From positions 21,452,001 through 21,516,000 of the forward strand of contig NC_047067.1 in NCBI RefSeq assembly GCF_902459465.1: a DNA stretch of 64,000 nucleotides, read 5' to 3'. Shown in pieces: positions 60,901-64,000 of this stretch; position 1 is the first letter of the stretch, and each line of letters begins with the position of its first letter. Source of the DNA: Asterias rubens (taxonomy: Eukaryota). The notes beneath the pieces are model-generated. The model searched no databases. It saw only the letters and a list, made by a program, of their open reading frames with translations, and had not been told where the DNA came from. Both the position numbers and the translations under genes were made by a program.

Positions 60901-63091
60901 TTGCGTATACGGCCAAGTTGCTCCAGATGGTTGTTAAACGCAGGTGGGCTCTTTTGATGTAGAAGGGTTGAGGTCACAGCGTTTTGAGTCTCGGCATTTT
61001 GCTTCAAAACTTTGATGACAGTTTGTTACTCACAAAGTGCATTGCCTTGGAACAAACAAAGTATGTGTGAGGCTATGTTTTGAGGGTTTTTATTTGTATG
61101 TTTCTTTTAAATGTAGAAGGTCCTAACTACTGTTTTAAAATTGATTGATTGGATTAAATTCAGTATTGAGGATAAAGGAATTTGTGGGTTGTTTTAAAAA
61201 TAGGTGTCCCCACCTGTTTGTCGAAATGAGGTAATGTGGTGTGAAGGTTGGTGTCCATATTTGTTCATTGTTAAAAGTTTTTTCCTGGAATTTTCAGAGT
61301 GTGGGGTGTTCGAGTTTCTGTGTCTATTTTGTGTTTACTGTGGCAATTTTTCAAATGAAAATGATGTACACATGTGAGCCATTTCATTTTGTGCATTGTC
61401 ATGAGAAATAACCACGAGGTGAAATTTTGCTTCTCTATTTCATTTGGCTGCTCCTCATGAAATAGAATAGTTCAGACATTGTAGTTTACAAAACATGAAA
61501 TAAGAACTTGGATGGAACAGGTGGAACGAGGCCCATATTGAGTTGCTCACAGATTTCCCCAACAACACTCAGTAGCTCCATCTTTGTGATAAACATATGT
61601 CGGTAAAGGGAAAACAATAGAAATCATTTGTCCTACAATGAGTGGTTGATTTCATCACATATTTGTCATGATTAAACTGTGCATCATTGAGCATGAAAAC
61701 CCTGAGCCATTCCCGGAGCAATTGTATATTGATTACCTTCATTTACCGATGGTCTTGAAGTTGCTTCCTTGTTTTCAAAAGGCAAGCCGCGCCAAGCCTT
61801 TTATACCCTGTAATCCTGCATTCTTGTAGTCCGATAGATTGATATTTTGCTCTAGGTATGGACAGAAATACTCATTTGAATTGCGCCTTTAGTAGTACCC
61901 TCTCTGGCTTCAGTGAAAGCTAAGTCAGCCATGTTGAGGCTTTCAGTCGGAAGCAAATTGGTCTGAAATTGGTCATTGAGCAACAAACTGGTTTAGAACA
62001 GTCACCTTTATGTACTTTTCTTCTCTCAATGTGCGCAAAGTGCATTCCCTTATACTAAATTGTGTCTTTTTGGACGAGTGCTTTCTCAAAACAGTTAGGA
62101 CAAAACCACAATTTCAGGGAACTTTAAACATTACTAGCTTTCTTTTTTTAAATCATAAGAACAATTTTTTTGTTGAAATATCAGTGATTGTCATGTTCAC
62201 AGATGACTAAGTTGGTTTCCTGTCAGCGAAGGTTTTGACTGTGTATTTGAACAAAAACACATTTTTTTTTTTAAAGGGAAGCATTTTTGTATCACACATG
62301 TGCGTGCTTATTTCTCAACAGGAATCATGTTTCCATTGTGTTTTATTTGTTGTTGCCAGAAGTTGTGTTTGACTTTTGTTATTGGCCTACTGTTGAGCTT
62401 TTGTTGAAGTTTTTACTTAAGTCTGGACTGTTTCTCTTTTGTAGGAAAAGCTTGTTGATCCGTGCTGTATCTTACAACTGCTGAACTTTCAGTATAGAAA
62501 TGAATCAAAGGTGCATTTTTTTATTATAAGTTTTGTTTTTTCAATTATGTGAACATAGACAGTCACCCAAGGCTGAGCAGTTGGGCGCCTTTGCCATTTT
62601 CAAAGTCTAGTTACTTTGTCATAAAAAGGACAGTTGAAGTACTGTGTAGTCCTGCGTTCTTCTAGTGTGTTTTCCCAAACAAACTTGTATTAATTCAAAA
62701 TAATCAAATAACACATTTCAAATATATGGATTTTTATATTTTGTTCAGGGAATTTGTTGTTCATAATTCCTAGATTTTAAATCAATAATAAACCAAAGCG
62801 GCATTGAAGTTGACTGGGGTGTGGAATGTAACAGGCAATTTATTGTGGAAAACCACTGACCACATGTTTCAACTTCCACTCTGAAAGTGTTTTAAAAACC
62901 CAGAATGACCTTTAACACCATTTCAGCATGAGACAAGAGACTTGAAATACTGGTTTTATTTTCCCAATTGAAAAACTGTCGGTATTTTTACAAAAAGGAG
63001 AAGTCTCATTTGAGCAAATAAGATGAACAAGTGGTGGCAGGATACAGAAACTTTTCCTCACAATCTATAATAAGGAAAATGAGTGTATTAC

Positions 63092-63459
63092 TAAAGCTTG
63101 GGCGATACCACGATATTATCGAATATCTTGATACTAATTTGGAAACGATTTCGATATCGGATTGATTTGGTTTTATTCGAGATATCGATATATCGCGATA
63201 TATCGCGATATATCGTGATATCGCAATATCGCGATGTATTTTCTAGCTGAGACATCTTGCACCCCATAGGTTTGGAGTAAAACCAGAAGAATAGGTCATT
63301 AGAACACCTCTCTTATGCTGTGACTGTCTCTTCTACAACTTTCACTTGGAGTTTGAAGACTGATGATGTCAAATTTAATTAATCGCGATTATATCGAATA
63401 TCGCGATATATTGTCGGCGATATATCGTGAATAAAACAAATCGATATCACCCAAGCTTA
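63092..63459. mobile_element. Non-autonomous hAT-like element with an intact 8-bp target-site duplication
   Basis: The TSD TGTATTAC is at 63084-63091 and 63460-63467. The TIRs are ta(a)agcttgggcgata / tatcacccaagctta, with gatatatcgc subterminal repeats at both ends. Confidence 0.85.
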
Positions 63460-64000
63460 TGTATTACAAAACTGGATTTGCCCTTAGAGCCCAGGCTTCT
63501 CAACAGCTCCCTACACCCCTGTATTTTCCTTGACTACCCCCCCCCCCTCCTTCAGCTCCCGCCTACTACAGAGCCTCACTCTACCTTCATACCAAATGAC
63601 TTTGCCAGACTGGGGTTCATGCAGCAGAATGGTTTAAATTTGCAAAATTGAAAACACTCATAAAATCTGGGTCCGTCACCCTGAGCAGTAAGGGACTTGT
63701 GCTGAATGCTCGAAATGCCCCACAAGGTGGCGCTCTCATACTTGGCCTTGTCCCTCGTCTCTTGAAGAAAAGAAACTTTTAAAATAGTCCTGTGTCCACA
63801 AAGAGATTCTGATCAACATCAATATCTTATCATTATTGATTGTTGGACCATTTAAGCTATCCATTAAGTTTTATTGAAATCAATTCTTTACAAATTGTTC
63901 AGATACCCTGCTTATGAACAGGCAGACAGACAAACATAGGCAACAACATTACTCTTAAACATTTTCTTTAAACCCAACCTACATATTTAGGCCCCTTTAC

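Overview
This is AT-rich, intron-containing animal DNA. The repeat families and gene style suggest an invertebrate deuterostome, probably an echinoderm such as a sea star; that is inference. I assembled all genes by hand from splice sites, because the ORF track only catches single exons. From left to right: CWC25 (- strand, runs off the left edge) head-to-head with DAP/DAP1 (+); OLA1 (+); a canonical Sp1-4-clade transcription factor (+); an unusual Sp-derived gene (+, 27335-32984); PRIM1 (-), which carries a clear U12-type AT-AC intron; a short spliced divergent transcript with only micro-ORFs; and about 17 kb with no recognisable coding exon but many MITEs, SINEs and GC-richer enhancer-like islands. 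The standout is the Sp-derived gene. Nine phase-compatible exons give a 573-aa protein in which a BPTF/DIDO/Cfp1-like PHD finger replaces the Sp box. It is followed by two complete buttonhead-box plus zinc-finger modules with 8 C2H2 fingers in total, one module with altered DNA-contact residues and one canonical. I know of no Sp/KLF protein with this architecture. A second highlight is an OLA1 micro-exon whose downstream intron may be a U2-type AT-AC intron. No CRISPR array, rRNA or intact tRNA gene was found.
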